From contig OX597834.1 in the NCBI GenBank assembly GCA_951406725.2, positions 30,504,001-30,568,000 of the forward strand: DNA of 64,000 nt, given 5' to 3'. The notes below the pieces were generated by a model. The model ran no database searches. It had not been told where the DNA came from and saw nothing but the letters and a program-made list of their open reading frames with translations. The DNA comes from Octopus vulgaris. Its lineage: Eukaryota. Position numbers and translations under genes: made by a program. Shown one piece after another: positions 13,303 to 27,080 of the stretch. Positions within the stretch are counted from its first letter, which is position 1; each line of letters opens with the position of its first letter.

Positions 13303-14310
13303 AGGTGGCAAGCTGGCAGAATCCTTAGCACACTGAATGAAATGCTTAGCGGTATTTCGTCTGCCGCTATGTTCTGAGTTCAAATCCCGCTGAGGTCGAC
13401 TTTGCCTTTCATCCTTTCGGGGTCGATTAAATAAGTATCAGTTATGCACTGAGGTCGATATAATTGACTTAATCCGTTTGTCGTCTCTGTGTTTAGCCCC
13501 TTGTGGATAGTAAAGAAATAGGTATTTCGTCTGCTGCTACGTTCTGAGTTCAAATTCCGCTGAGGTCGACTTTGCCTTTCATCCTTTCGGGGTCGATTAA
13601 ATAAGTATCAGTTACGCACTGGGGTCGATATAATTGACTTAATCCGTTTTTCCGTCCTTGTTTGTCCTTTCCGTGTTTAGCCCCTTGTGGATAGTAAAGA
13701 AATAGGTATTTCGTCTGCTGCTACGTTCTGAGTTCAAATTCCGCTGAGGTCGACTTTGCCTTTCATCCTTTTGGGGTTGATTAAATAAGTACCACTTACG
13801 CACTGGAGTCGATATAATCGACTTAATCTGTTTGTCTGTCCTTTTTTGTCCTGTCTGTGTTTAGCCCCTTGTGGGTAGTAAAGAAATAGGTATTTCACTA
13901 GTTGCTATGTTCTGAGTTCAAATTCCACCAAGATCAGTTTTACCTTTCATCCTTTCGGGGTTGATAAAATAAGTACCAGTTGAGCACTGGAGTCAATATA
14001 ATTGAGTCATCCCCTCTCCAAAATTGCTGCCCTTCGGGCTAAATTTTGAAGCCATTATTATTTTTAGGGTGGTGAATTGGCACAATAATTAAGGTAGTGA
14101 GGTGGCAGAATCGTTAGCATGCCAGGTGAAATGCTTAGCAGTTGTTTGTCTGCCGCTGAGGTCGACTTTGCCTTTCATCCTTTTGGGGTCAATTAAATAA
14201 GTATCAGTTACACACTGGGGTTAATGTAATCAACTTACTCCCTTTGTCTATCCTTGTTTGCCCCCACTATGTTTACCGCCCTTCCCCTGTGGGCAGTAAA
14301 GAAATAATTA
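13303..14310 (+). repeat. Head-to-tail multimer of SINE family B (~180-190 bp units)
   Basis: The GGTATTTCGTCTG...AGTAAAGAAATA unit repeats about four times behind one head, followed by another copy. Confidence 0.85.
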
Positions 14311-14585
14311 GAGCAACAAGGAAATTTGCTTCATGTTCTGGGTTGAAACCCTGCTTGGGGTCATACCTGCACCTCTGCAAGCTTAAACTGCAGAAGTTTA
14401 TTGTAGTAAAGCCTTTAAAAACTGATTGACTAAACCCCTTAAAATTAATGATTATTTAAAAAATTTCTTGAAATGCATGGACCATGTATTTCATTAGAAT
14501 TGTGCTCTGGAAAGAGTTTAAAAATCATTTCTTGCAAAAGCTAGTCACAAAACATTTTTATACTGACCTTGTTACTACACTAAAT

Positions 14586-14629
<44 letters not shown>

Positions 14630-14631
14630 GT

Positions 14632-14665
<34 letters not shown>

Positions 14666-15216
14666 CCCCTCTCTCTCTCTGATGAGGTTAACCCAATTAA
14701 TTTTAGAATAATGCTAAATCTAATTTCTGCTTCTACACCCAGCTTGACAATTACAGACGTAAATATATATGTATAGTTAATAATTAACAATTTAAAAGAT
14801 AATTTGGAAATTGTTATTTCAGGATAGTCTTTTTTTTTATGTATTTGTATTTTTTTTGTGGGTGGGTGGGGGGGGCAAATATACACACTCGCTATATACT
14901 CATTCTTCATTTTAGTTTTATTATTGTTAAAAAAAAAAAAGAAAAGTGATGCATCCGCAATACATCAATATCTGTTTCAACACATGATTTCACCTCAGGA
15001 TTCTTGCAAAACAAATGCAGGAACATAAGAATTTGGAAACTTTTGTCACCACTTCGCCACCTCGGTTCCATAGAAACCAATGGTTACTACCATTTTAACT
15101 CGAGGAAGACGACTCCTCCAGAGCTGGTTATTTAATGCAATCTGCACCTGAGAAATATTGAGACAAACACACTCACACACACACATTGTAAATATCTGAG
15201 AGTATGTGAAATGATC

Positions 15217-15247
<31 letters not shown>

Positions 15248-16734
15248 GAACAGTGGATCTCAAAGCACACAGGGCTATAAATACATTTCCTTGCTATTTG
15301 TGTAGCTTTATCTACTTCAAGATTCACTGTTCCAAAAAACGAATTTTTATATGTATGTGTGTCTGTCTGTATACACACACACATACACACACACACACAC
15401 ACTCATACACACACATGCATGCACACACACACATACGCATGCACACACACACGCATGCACACACACAGGCATGCACACACGCTTGACAGGCTTCTTTTAG
15501 TTTCCATCTACCATATTTATTCACAAGGCATTGGTCAACCCAGGACTGAAGTAGAAGATATTTCCAGTGATGTCCAATATAAAATTGCACTTCCTCGTTT
15601 CAAGAATGCTTTCTGTTCAAAGACTAATTAGTATTCATAGAATATTATGGATTTTTGTTTTGTTTTGTTTTTATCCAATGACTCTTGTAATTAAGATTTG
15701 AAATCACAACCTCCACCCTTCGTTTTCAAAGACAAAAAAAAAACAAACCACAAATGATGTTAGGTGGTGAATTGAGAGAGTAGTAAGAGCATTGGATAAT
15801 AATTCCTGGTGGTACTTCTACATTTTGGGTTCAAGTCCTGCCAACATGCATCTTTGCATTGTTGATTAATGATCGTTTAGCATTCAAATTACTCTGTCAA
15901 ATGTCAAAACCTAATTCATTCCCCTTGTTTTCAATTAGTCATGCATTATCTCAGAGCTTTGAGATTTTCATGATGTGATTGTATATTCTTAGAATGACAT
16001 TGTAGGGTAGGTATGAAAGGCCAGATCTGGCCAGTGTCAACATAGAACAGGGAGACTGTTTGGGCCAGATATGGCTGGGTCAGATGCCAAAGGGTTTTAA
16101 ATAACCAGTCAAGTACTGGATTTTATTCTTTCTTTCTGTCTTTCTTCTGTTCTTCCACTTCTTTTCCTCTTCTTCCTTTCTTCTTTTTTTACTTCTTTTT
16201 CCTTCTTCAATATTTCTATTGGTATTCTTTTTCTTCTTACTTTCTGCTTTTTCTTCTTTTCCTTTTTTTTCTGATTTCTTCCTCTTCTTTTTCATTTTCT
16301 TTCTTTCATATTTTCATATTAACAACAAAAACATGATCCGTAGACCATCATCCTTCCCTTTTTATTAGTTCCAACCAACTTCATATCAAATGGATTAACC
16401 AAATGAAACTATTCAGACTGATTTTGGTTTTAGATTGCTTCTTATACGGAACTCAATAATATTTTTAACAGCCTCAACAAGATAACATCACTCAAAAGAT
16501 GATTAGAGTTTTGCACATTTTTTTTCCTTTTTTCCCCCCATTTTAGTTTTTTATTTATCATTGCTGTATTTGTATTTATATGCTAATTTAGTTTTTAGCA
16601 ATATAAAAAAAATATAGTAAATAAGACCACACAGTCCTGTTATTCATTATAATTTGCTTAGAGTCTCTGTGTTAGATACTGGATACATATGTCATTATTT
16701 ATTCAAATGGTTTGCGGAAATAACAGCCAGTCTT

Positions 16735-17183
16735 TACTCTGAAATATTCAAAGCCACAGTCGAACCAATTCTGCTATATGGCTCAGAAACCTGGACATTA
16801 TCAAAGAAGCTTGAGAGGCGGTTGGATGGAACCTACACCAGCCTCCTTATGAGAGCTCAAAAACTCTCGTGGAAGCGCCATCCAACCAAAATGCAAATAT
16901 ATGGGAAACTACCACCTGTGTCATCTCTTGTGAAAGGTAGGAGAGTCCAGTTTGCTGGACATTGTTGTAGAGCTGAAAAAGAAGTAATTTCTACTCTACT
17001 CTTCTCCTCTGGAAGCCATCTACTCGCAATACCAGAGGGCGCACACTCTCCTACCCTGATGTAATCTCCAGGGATACAGGCATCCAGCAACAGGACCTCT
17101 GTAATGCCATGATGGACCGTGAAGTCTGGCGTAGCATGGTAAATTCCATTGTCTCGACCACGGTCGAACAATGATGATGATGA
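16735..17183 (+). mobile_element. RTE-like LINE 3' end with (TGA)n tail
   Basis: IFKATVEPILLYGSETWTL...VQFAGHCCRA motif, ending GTCTCGACCACGGTCGAACAATGATGATGA. A short inverted tail copy lies at ~50018-50051. Confidence 0.85.
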
Positions 17184-17996
17184 TACTCTGAAGTGGTTGC
17201 TGATGGAAAGGGCATCCAATTATGCAAACCAGGTGGTGCACTGGCAGATGTGTTAATGCTGGGCAAAATGCCATACAGGATTTCTTTTGGCTTTTTACAG
17301 ACTTTTACTCAATTCCTGTCAGGTCAACAAGTTGTTTCAGCGAAACCAATCTTGACCCCAATAATAGTCCTGATGTGATGACCCCCCACCTTGCCACCTT
17401 TGGTGCCCACATTGAGGTCATGGCACTGTAGAGCTGCCAGGTTCACCATAATCTTGTGAGTGGATTCGATAGACAGAAACTGAAAGAAGCTCACCATGTG
17501 TATACACATATACATATGTGCTGGTGGCACGTAAAAAGCACCATCCGATAATAATAATAATAATAATAATTGTGTACAGTGCTCAGGTGCACTACAACTC
17601 ATCTAAAGTCTATATATAATCAGGTGTAGTTTCGGCGGATTTGTGGCCGTTTGCCAGCCTCGTCTGACACCTGTGCTGGTGGCACGTAAAAAGCACCCAC
17701 TACACTCACGGAGTGGTTGGCGTTAGGAAGGACATCCAGCTATAGAAACACTGCCAGATCAGACTGGGCCTGGCGCAGCCTTCTGGCTTCCCAGACCCCA
17801 GTTGAACCGTCCAACCCATGCTAGCATGGAAAACGGACGTTAAACGATGATGATGACGATGATACATAAGAGGGATCAAGTTGAGGCAATTATGCAGATA
17901 AACAAATTAGTCATTAAAATATAACAGGATATGAAATACAAAATATGTCTATATGTATGCAAGTAAAACAAAATGGGGACTTTCAGATGATGAATA

Positions 17997-18472
17997 TCTA
18001 TATATATAAAACTGTAGTTGTGTGAGTGTCTGTCCCCTTCGATTTAGATTCCTAACTACTCCCACATTTTGCGGTGCAGTTTAACCAAATTCGGGTATCT
18101 TATAGTCGTGATTCATATCGAGCCCGTCTGAGTATTAGCGCACATCTACGATGAGTCTACGATTTAAAAAATAATTTAACATCATTTTTTATTCCATTTT
18201 AATGCATAATTTTTCGTGTGTCGATGGCAGCGGAGTTGGCGTCCATGGTCACACCTGCACCTGTGGGGAAGGGAGTGTAAGGAAATCAACGTCGTAAAGC
18301 GTTGTCAAGGAGACCAGCGTTCTTTTAGAACAACGACTTCATGGCTTGAAGACACCAAAACAGAAATGGCTAAGAAAGCCCGAATTGGCATCTATAAGGG
18401 AAGTAACTCTCTAAAAATGCTTATATAGTTATTTCCCTTACAAACCCGAGCAACGCCAGGCGATACTGCTAG
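17997..18472 (+). mobile_element. Non-autonomous Helitron
   Basis: A|TC start, 3' GC-rich hairpin region CCCGAGCAACGCCAGG then CTAG|T, no TSD. Confidence 0.8.
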
Positions 18473-18935
18473 TTTAAATATAAATCTTTAGAGATTTAAC
18501 TTAATTGACCCAACTTACATAAAGTAAATCATCATCATCATCATTGTCGTCAATTAATGTCTGCTTTCCATGCTGGCATGGGTTGGACAGTTTGACTGAG
18601 GACTGGTGAGCCAGATGGCTGCACCAGGCTCCAATCTGATCTGGCAAAGTTTCTACAGCTGGATGCCCTTCCTAATGCCAACCACTCTGAGAGTCTAGTG
18701 GGTGCTTTAACGTGCCAAGTGCACAAGGGCCAGTCAGGCGGTACTGGCAATGAACACACTCAAAAGGTGTTTTCTACATGCCACCTGCACAGGAGCCAGT
18801 CCGGCGGCACTTTGGTTGGTCCAGGGCTATAATAAGTGACACTTGCCCAGGGTGTCACACAATGGGATTGAACCCAAACCCATGTAGTTCTTACCACACA
18901 GCCATGCCTGCAGCTATATCACCTTGTATTATAGA

Positions 18936-19315
18936 CTAGCAGTATCGCCCGGCGTTGCTCGGGTTTGTAAGGGAAATAACTATAAAGCATTTTTAGAGAG
19001 TTATAGCCAAAAAATAGCAAAAAAATGGGGGAAAAATGATGGTAAATTTTTTTGGGGAGTTAAAAAGGTCGAGTTGCGTCCCCTAGACAGTCTGTGGTTT
19101 GTGTTTCTGATTCTCGACCCCATGTCGAATTTATCGATTTTTTTCAGAACTGAGGGAACTTTTCAAAATTTTCGCTGCGTTAGTTTTGAATTATGGCATT
19201 GGGCTATGTGTGTGTCAAGTTTCATCAGAATCAGTTGAAAGCCGTGGTCAGGGTGAGGGTACAACCTAACAGACACACAGACACGCAAACAGACAAACTG
19301 CCGTTTATATAGAGA
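18936..19315 (-). mobile_element. Non-autonomous Helitron
   Basis: Reverse complement of the 27081-27466 element, with TC...hairpin-CTAG termini. Confidence 0.8.
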
Positions 19316-20894
19316 TAGATAGATGTAAATATTGAAACAATATTTCATCTTCAAAAAATGTGGTTAATAGTCTGGAAACCATTACAATTTTATAAACCAA
19401 CACTAATGGCTTTTTTTCTCTAAAAAGATGACAGTGGAGTTCAACAGATCAGAATCGCATTATTATTACATTTTAGTACCCTCCCCCCCATCCTTTACAT
19501 CTCCCTTTATCTAATTTCTGACCTACCTTATCTGTCCATCTAGATCTAGTCCCAAACTCTCTCTCTCTCTCAGCTATCTACTTAATTATCAACTCTGTGC
19601 TACTTTATCCACTTAAGTATTATGTAGTTCATGTGTTCAGTATTTTTTATTAACTTAGTAATTGGTGTGTGTGTGTGTGTATTATCATAATCATCATTAT
19701 TTAACGTCTGCTTTCCATGCTGGCATGGGTTGGACAGTTTGGCAGAAGAAGCTGGCTTGGCAGAAGACTGCACTGTGCTTAGTTGTCTGTTTTGGCATGG
19801 TCTCTTGTGGCTAGATGCCCTTCCTCATTCTGACCACTCTACAGAGTGAACTGAGTGCTTTTTCTGTGGCACCAGTGCAGGCGAGGTCAATATATATAAC
19901 ACAACTGGCATTCTGTCGGTTGCGATGAGTGTTCTCTAGTTGATCCGATCACTGGAATAGCCAGCTTGTGAAATTAAAGTGTAAGTGGCTGAGCACTCCA
20001 CAAACATCTGTATAGCTATAAAAGGCAGGATGTGTGTGTGTGTGTGTGTGTGTGAGGGAGGGAAGTTGTGTGTTGATGTGTGTGTGTGAGGGAGAGAGAA
20101 GTTGTGTGTTGATGTGTGTGTGTGAGGAAGAGAGAGAGAGTTTGACTGCGTCTAACAAAAAAGGGTAAAGAAAAAGTGTGTGAGGGAGATAGGGTAAGTG
20201 TCAGCGTTCACCCAAAATAAAAATGTAAAATGTTACATGAGATATAGTATTCAAATTTAGGATGTTTTTGAAAGACACTATATTTTATAATCAGATTATA
20301 TATACTTTCTCACACAACAATTAAAATATATTTATTTTAAATCACTTATTTATTTATTTTAAATCGTTCATCTTTCTCCCCCCCCCCTCCACACACACAC
20401 ATTACTTTGGGCACGAAAGAGTTTTGTTTTTATTTTACACTGAAGAAAAAGTGTTTTGTTGAGAATCCATTTATTTAACCACTAAGAAACAAAGAGGTAG
20501 TGAATTACACTTTATAAATGGGTAAAATTTCCGAGGCTTCCACCACACCCCACCCCTTTTTTTCGGACTATAAAAAGGGTTTTGTAGCATGTTAAGAGGC
20601 CAGGGTAGTTGATACCATGCAAAAAATCCGATTTTTTTTTTCTTAGTGAAAATTGTGCGAGTGTTATCTAAAAATTTACCTGAAGTTTTTCATGATAAAT
20701 TTGAGATTAAAAAAAAATGTTTTCCATATTCTTAATCTCTATATTTTTCCACATACATTGAAAAATAGATGCTGAAAAGATCAATGGGTGTGGGGGTGAA
20801 ATTTCCGAGGCTTCCACTACACCCCCACCCCATTTTTCACTAAGTTTAAATACTAAAGGGTTAATTTGAGTTTTGTGGTATGATGGCCTGTACA

Positions 20895-21062
20895 AGTAGG
20901 GAGTTATTGTTGACTGAGATGTATGGGTAGCTTGTCTGGTAGGTATCCAGTGAAGAAATTTGTCCAGGTATTGTTTGAAGGTGAGGGAGTCTTTTTCTTC
21001 TTTGATTTGTATTGGGATAATGTTAAATAGAGCAGGGCCTGCTGTGGGAAAATTGTGTTGTA
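20895..21062 (-). mobile_element. CR1/L2-group LINE RT C-terminal remnant
   Basis: Minus strand reads FPTAGPALFNIIPIQIKEEKDSLTFKQYLDKFL. Confidence 0.6.
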
Positions 21063-22062
21063 GTAATATTTTAAGTCAAAAAAGCAATTCAGGTTCAGTT
21101 ATATAACAGTCATATATTCAAATCTCCCTACTGTACCAGTTGCTTGTGTGTCTGGGCAAGGCACCTTGTTCTGCTTGCTCCAGTTTGCCTGAGTGAACAA
21201 AAATACAGGCATCACTCCTTATTCTATCATTAAGCAGTGAGTTGGTGAATATTTGGATGAGCATTCAGCTGTAAAAAAAACCTTTTGCTTTAACAAAAAA
21301 CCTCTCCCCATACCCTTGCACTCCTACAAGCAAGCATGGGAAACTGGCTGTTTATATTATGCTGTAGTCTGTTAAACACACAGTGTTTCAATAATGCTCC
21401 CTTTCATTTATTGTGTTGCATGTGGGTATAAGAGAGCAGCACATGATGACCAAATCACTGGGACATATCCTGTCACTGAAAACATACCGAATCCGTGAAG
21501 TCACTCGAGCATGTCCACTCAATGAAGTTATATTGAATTTGTCCTGGCAGAAAGGCGGCGAGCTGGCGGAACCGTTAGCACACCAGGCGAAATGCGTAGC
21601 CGTATTTCGTCTGCCGTTACGTTCTGAGTTCAAATTCCGCCAAGGTCGACTTTGCCTTTCATCCTTTCAGGGTCGAAAAATTAAGTACCAGTTACGCACT
21701 GGGGTCGATGTAATCGACTTAATCCGTTTGTCTGTCCTTGTTTGTCCCCTCTATGTGGTAATACCCTTGTGGGTAATAAAAAAACACATTTAATGCCCCT
21801 TTTTTCCGTACGGGCATGAATTACATAGTTCAACATAGACTGCTGAGTCAGAGGGCTGTACCATGCTCCAGCCTCTACTTTGGTATGGTTTTCTACGGCT
21901 GGATGCCCTTCTCAACACCAACCACTTTACAGAATGTACTGGGTGCTTTCTATGTGGCACCAGTGCGGGTGTGGTCACAAAGCATTTACAAGACAAGATC
22001 TGTTGAGGAAGGTGGCTTTGATAGGAATGGGTGGCAAACATTGGGATACGTGAGTGGCAAGC

Positions 22063-22255
22063 GTTAAGTTAAGTTAAGTTAATTTTTTGGCTCAAAAAGC
22101 AAAAAGCAAGGCCATGTAGGGGGACATGGAATTATGTACAGGGCGGGTGTTCATGCAAAGAGTCCAGGCCATTTTTGGTCAAGAGGGTCTTTGAACCGAG
22201 TGGTCGTCGGCATCTTCACTATCTCGTCCGGCAGCTTATTCCACGGATCTGCAAG
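22063..22255 (-). mobile_element. CR1-like LINE 3' end with (TTAAC)n tail
   Basis: Minus strand reads ADPWNKLPDEIVKMPTTTRFKDPLDQKW (WNxLP motif), followed by a short UTR and a TTAAC repeat tail. Confidence 0.75.
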
Positions 22256-22488
22256 TGTTGAGCTACATGGGCAGCAAACATCAGGCTACATGGAGGGTGA
22301 GTGCTGAGCTACATGCATGGAAATGTCAGGCCACATGGGCAGTGTGTTACATGTATCTCAAAACATTTGATGGATGATGATGTAAGGTGTTAGTTTGTTT
22401 ACATCCCGTGACTCAGTAGTTCATCAAAACTGACTAATAAAATAAGTATTAGGGTTGATTTGTTTGACTAGAGACTAAAACCCTTTAA

Positions 22489-22709
22489 CCCTTTATTGTT
22501 CACATTATTCTGCCAAAGTTAATGCTTTTTTATCCACATTGTTTTGAACTAATCATGCATTATCTTGTAGCTATGAGATTTTGATGAGGTAACTGTTAAT
22601 TTTTAAAACGATATTGTAGGGTTGGTGTGAGAGACCAGATCTGGCCAGTTTGAACATAAAACAGGCAGAATACTTTTGGCCAGATATGGCTGGTTTAAAT
22701 GCTAAAGGG
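22489..22709. mobile_element. piggyBac-type MITE family 1 (221 bp)
   Basis: TTAA|CCCTTTA...TAAAGGG|TTAA. Copies at 36168-36386 and 51545-51765 (opposite orientation) and a degenerate one at ~15877-16096. Confidence 0.85.
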
Positions 22710-23362
22710 TTAAAGAAGTGCTCTAACATGGCCACATTCCATTGACTGAAACAGGTAAATGGTGAAAGGTGATTTCAATATAGGTTAATAAGAAGAATTT
22801 ATTTCACAAAACTCTTGAAATTTACTGTGAAGGCCTGGTTCTTGTGAGGTAACAGGTTAATATCATACGAGTTCTTGCTTAGCTAAGACCAACTTAACAA
22901 TCTATAAGTAACTTGTCTGACGTACAAACACACACACAAAGATTATATCTGTCCTTTGACGTAATAGTGTGTGTATGTATGTCTAGATAACTTGTCTTAT
23001 ATTCATATCCACTAACAATATTCCTTAATTTATTTAATGTATGAGCATATGTGTGTGTGTGTGTATATATATGTATATACTATTTTCTTTATAAATTTCC
23101 TTTTTTAAAAAAAAAATTTTTTTTTTGTTTGTTTCAGTCATTGGACTGTGGCCATACTGGGGCTCTGCTTTCAAGGGTTTTAGTCTAATAGATCAGTCCC
23201 AGTGCTTATCTTTTTTTAAAATCTGGTACTTATTCTATTGCACCCCCTCCTCTCTATCTCTCTCATGTATTCACTCACGCACATACACTAACAACTTCAC
23301 TAGAACAGTGTGAGTGTGTGTGTGTGTGTGTGTGTATGTATATATATATATATATATATATA

Positions 23363-23765
23363 GGCGCAGGATTGGCTGTGTGGTAAGTAACTTGCTAACC
23401 AACCACATGGTTCCGGGTTCAGTCCCACTGCGTGGCATCTTGGGCAAGTGTCTTCTGCTATAGCCCTGGGCCGACCAATGCCTTGTGAGTGGATTTGGTA
23501 GACGGAAAATGAAAGAAGCCTGTCGTATATATGTATATATATATGTATGTGTGTGTGTGTGTTTGTGTGTCTGTGTTTGTCCCCCTAGCATTGCTTGACA
23601 ACCGATGCTGGTGTGTTTACGTCCCCGTCACTTAGTGGTTTGGCAAAAAGTGACCGATAGAATAAGTACTGGGCTTATAAAGAATAAGTCTCGGGGTCGA
23701 TTCGCTCGACTAAAGGCGGTGCTCTAGCATGGCCGCAGTCAAATGACTGAAACAAGTAAAAGAAA
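23363..23765 (+). mobile_element. tRNA-derived SINE family A (CORE-like, internal AT/GT microsatellite), representative full copy
   Basis: A box TGGCTGTGTGG, B box GGTTCAGTCCC, CTTGGGCAAG core and a GTAAAAGA tail. Many copies in the window. Confidence 0.9.
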
Positions 23766-23774
23766 AAAAGAAAA

Positions 23775-23814
<40 letters not shown>

Positions 23815-24709
23815 AAACAAGCATGGTGTGTGGTAAGAAATTTACTTCTCAGCCACATGGTTCCAGGTTCAGTCCCACTGCATGGCACCTTAGGCAAGTA
23901 TCTTAGGCTTGAGGCCTCAGGTGAATTTGGTAAAAGGAAACCAAAGGGATCCTGTTGTGTATGTGTATATATGGGTTGGTAGGGGTGTATGGGTGTGTCT
24001 GTGTTTGTCCACCACCACCACCACCACCACTTGACAACCGGTGTTAGTGTGTTTATGTCCCCATAACTTAGCATTTCTTCAAAAGAGATTGATAAAATAA
24101 GTACCAGGCCTAAACAAAATTAAGTCCTGATAAAATTTTAAAAAAAAGTTTTATCCTCTATTATTTCTATTATTATTATTATCATTATTATTATATATAA
24201 TGTGTGTGTGTGTGTGCTCCAGCATGACCACACCTACATAGCTGAAACGAGTAAAAAAAGAGTAAATATACACACATACACACTCACTTTTCTTTTTTTC
24301 CTGTTTTGAAACCATGTGGTTATCACCATGTCAAGTTGTGAATAATTTCATTTTATGACCAATTGCAAAAATAATTTCAAAAATTTGTTATATTTTTGAG
24401 GAAGGCAAAGTATTTTTTTTAATAACAATTTTCTCCAACAACATTTTCCCATGGAATACACAGTTCAGAAGAGAAAAAAAAAAAAAATAAATAAAATCTT
24501 CTTTTTTTAAATTTTAAAATGGAACATATGTTATTTTAATATGATTAAGAAAACAAGGCCGTAGGAAAACATAATTGGTAGAATGGTGGACGAGTGACAA
24601 GTGGTTTACAGCTAGATGTCTTTAAGTCTTATGTTCAAATTCCACTGGGTAGGTCAGGGATGTGATGGGTGTCAACTTTGCCTTTTATTTCTTATTTATT
24701 GATACCAAC

Positions 24710-25075
24710 AACATGGTTCTGGGTTCAGTCCCACTGCGTGGCACCTTGGGCAAGTGTCTTCTACTATAGCCTCGGGCCGACCAATGCCTTGTGAGTGGAT
24801 TAGGTAGACGGAAACTGAAAGAAGCTCGTCGTATATATGTATATATATATATATATATATGTGTTTGTGTTTGTTCCCCTAGCATTGCTTGACAACTGAT
24901 GCTGGTGTGTTTATGTCCCCGTTACTTAGCGGTTCGGCAAAAGAGACCGATAGAATAAGTACTGGGCTTAGAAAAGAATAAGTGCCAGGGTCGAGTTGCT
25001 CGATTAAAGGCGGTGCCCCAGCATGGCTGCAGTCAAATGACCGAAACAAGTAAAAAGAGAGAGTAAAAAGAGAGT
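24710..25075 (+). mobile_element. SINE family A, 5'-truncated
   Basis: Matches family A from the B box to the tail. Confidence 0.85.
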
Positions 25076-25144
25076 AATGTGGTCTTGTGGATAGGATTCC
25101 TGGCTTTCACACAGGTAGGCCAGGTTCAATTCCTGGCGTTGGGG
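25076..25144 (+). pseudogene. tRNA-Glu(TTC)-derived pseudogene, 5' acceptor strand missing
   Basis: TGGTCTTGTGGATAGGATTCCTGGCTTTCACACAGG...GGTTCAATTCCTGG closely follows eukaryotic tRNA-Glu(TTC) and abuts a SINE tail. Confidence 0.75.
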
Positions 25145-26325
25145 GTGCACATTTATTTAGTTGCAAGCATGGCTGTGTGGTTAAGAAGCTCACTTTGCAA
25201 CCCCCGTGGTTTCAGGTTCAATCATGTGGCATTGTACATTGGCAAGTGTCTTCAGCTTTATAACCCCAGGTTGACTAATGCCATTATGAATGGATTTCAT
25301 AGATGGAAACTATGTGGAAACTTATTGCGTGTGCGTGTGTGTGTGTGTGTGAGTGTGCATATATATACATATGTAAATATATGCCGTGTGTGACTGTGTA
25401 TGTCCCCTTTGACCCTGCCTTAAAAATTGGAGTTGGTTTGTTTATGTTCCTGTAACTTAATGGTTCTGCAAAACAGACTGATAGAATAAGTACCAGACTA
25501 CAATCCATATATTGATTTTATTCAACAGAAGAGCAGTGAGCTGGCAGAATCGTTAACATACCTGGCAAAATGCTTAGCGGTGTTTTACCCATTGCTACGT
25601 TCTGAGTTCAAATTCTGCCAAGGTTGACTTTGCCTTTCATCCTTTCAGGGTCGATAAAATTAGTACCAGTTATGCACTGGTGTCAATCTAATCGACTTTC
25701 TGAGCATTTTTCCAAACTGAGCCTTTCATCCTTTCAGGGTCGATAAAATAATCACCAACCAAATAGTGGGGGGGGGGGTCAATATAATTGATTAGCTCCC
25801 CTCCTCCAAAAAAAGATTTCAGGCCTTGTGCCTGAAGTAGGAAGAATTATTTACAAGGGGTCCCACTGTCAACACCACCACCACTGCTTCCACTAACACC
25901 AAGGTGTGATAAATAAATATATCAAAATTCTCCTCTCTCTCTCTCTTAACCGATAGATATGCCCTCATGGCTGTTATGGTCCCAGGTTATCAGCTTTGGT
26001 CAGAACAACTTGTAGGCTTAGATCTAGAAGTGAAGTGTGTGTTTATGAAAATGTTTATTTTTCTTAGTCACCATCTATGAGATAACATTATAATAAATCA
26101 CTACTATTACTGATATAACTGATATCCTATATTATCATCATCATCATCATCATTATTATTATTATTATTATTAGCAGTCATTCATTCACTCAAAATTTGA
26201 GGCGTTGTGCTTCCAGTAGAAAGGGTTTTTATTCTACAGAAACACTTGATTCTGAAAGTTTCGTTTTATTTTCATCTGCTTTTGAAATTATTGTTTTTAT
26301 TTGTTGTTTTTGTTTATCTTTCTAG

Positions 26326-26463
26326 TGCCCTGGATCCTGATGCTATCTGCAAAGGATGTGCATTTAAAGACAGCAATGGAACCTTCCAAAAACCAGTTTG
26401 GAAAAATGCTCAGAATGGAAAAACCTTCTTCCCCTCATATAATATTTCCCCTGGACATTACAC
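26326..26463 (+). CDS. HMCES: HMCES/SRAP-family abasic-site processing protein, first coding exon found in window (probably the second coding exon of the gene)
   Basis: Polypyrimidine tract plus tctAG acceptor (AG 26324-26325) and GTGAGT donor at 26464. 138 nt, phase 2-2. Reads ALDPDAICKGCAFKDSNGTFQKPVWKNAQNGKTFFPSYNISPGHYT, matching the SRAP N-terminal P-x-W...P-S-Y-N-x-S-P motif as I recall it from vertebrate HMCES. Confidence 0.85.
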
Positions 26464-26508
26464 GTGAGTTGGAACTTATCACAAACTTTGGATTTGTTTT
26501 TTATTTAT

Positions 26509-27078
26509 GAAGTCCGATAAAAAAAATATCGGGGGACTGATGTTATATAAAGAAAACTATACGACATGTATCAATTCGGCATTCAATCTCCTTTGAACTA
26601 ATCCCCTTCTGAAACCACTGATACACTGTCCAGCATCGTTTCCATTGATGGAAGCATCCCTGGAGCCCCTTTTTTTTTTCTGGAATAGTAAGCAGCTGCC
26701 TTGTTGCATTCTCTTGGGTTTCTTTGACACCTTGAAATCTTGTTGGGGTCTTCCACTGAGAAGACTGAGTCTTGATTTTGGGACCATAGCCATAGACCCC
26801 TGATTCATTACCTGCTATGGCTATGTTTCAAAAGGTTAACATCTTCTCAACACAAGGAGATCCTGGGCAGCTGAAACCTGATCTTCTTTTTTAAGGCAAC
26901 CACGCTCTTCTTGCTTTACTTCGAAGCACTGTGATATAAACTACACAAGCGAGAATGTTACAGCATAGTGTTCATGCTTGACAAAGTTCAAGGTCAATCT
27001 GTGCCATGTGACTTCACTCTGTGTACTTTAGATCTGTTATCATGGCAACCATCCTGATACATTTTGATCAGACCTTGA
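26509..27078 (-). mobile_element. Internally deleted mariner-like element
   Basis: Degenerate TIRs (GAAGTCCGATAAAAAAAATATC / GATACATTTTGATCAGACCTTG) and a frameshifted mariner-like C-terminus (QWKRCW...). Confidence 0.55.
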
Positions 27079-27080
27079 AA

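Noticed and set aside
25076-25144. Functional tRNA-Glu gene
   Set aside because: The 5' acceptor strand is missing and the D and anticodon arms have mismatches. Kept as a pseudogene.
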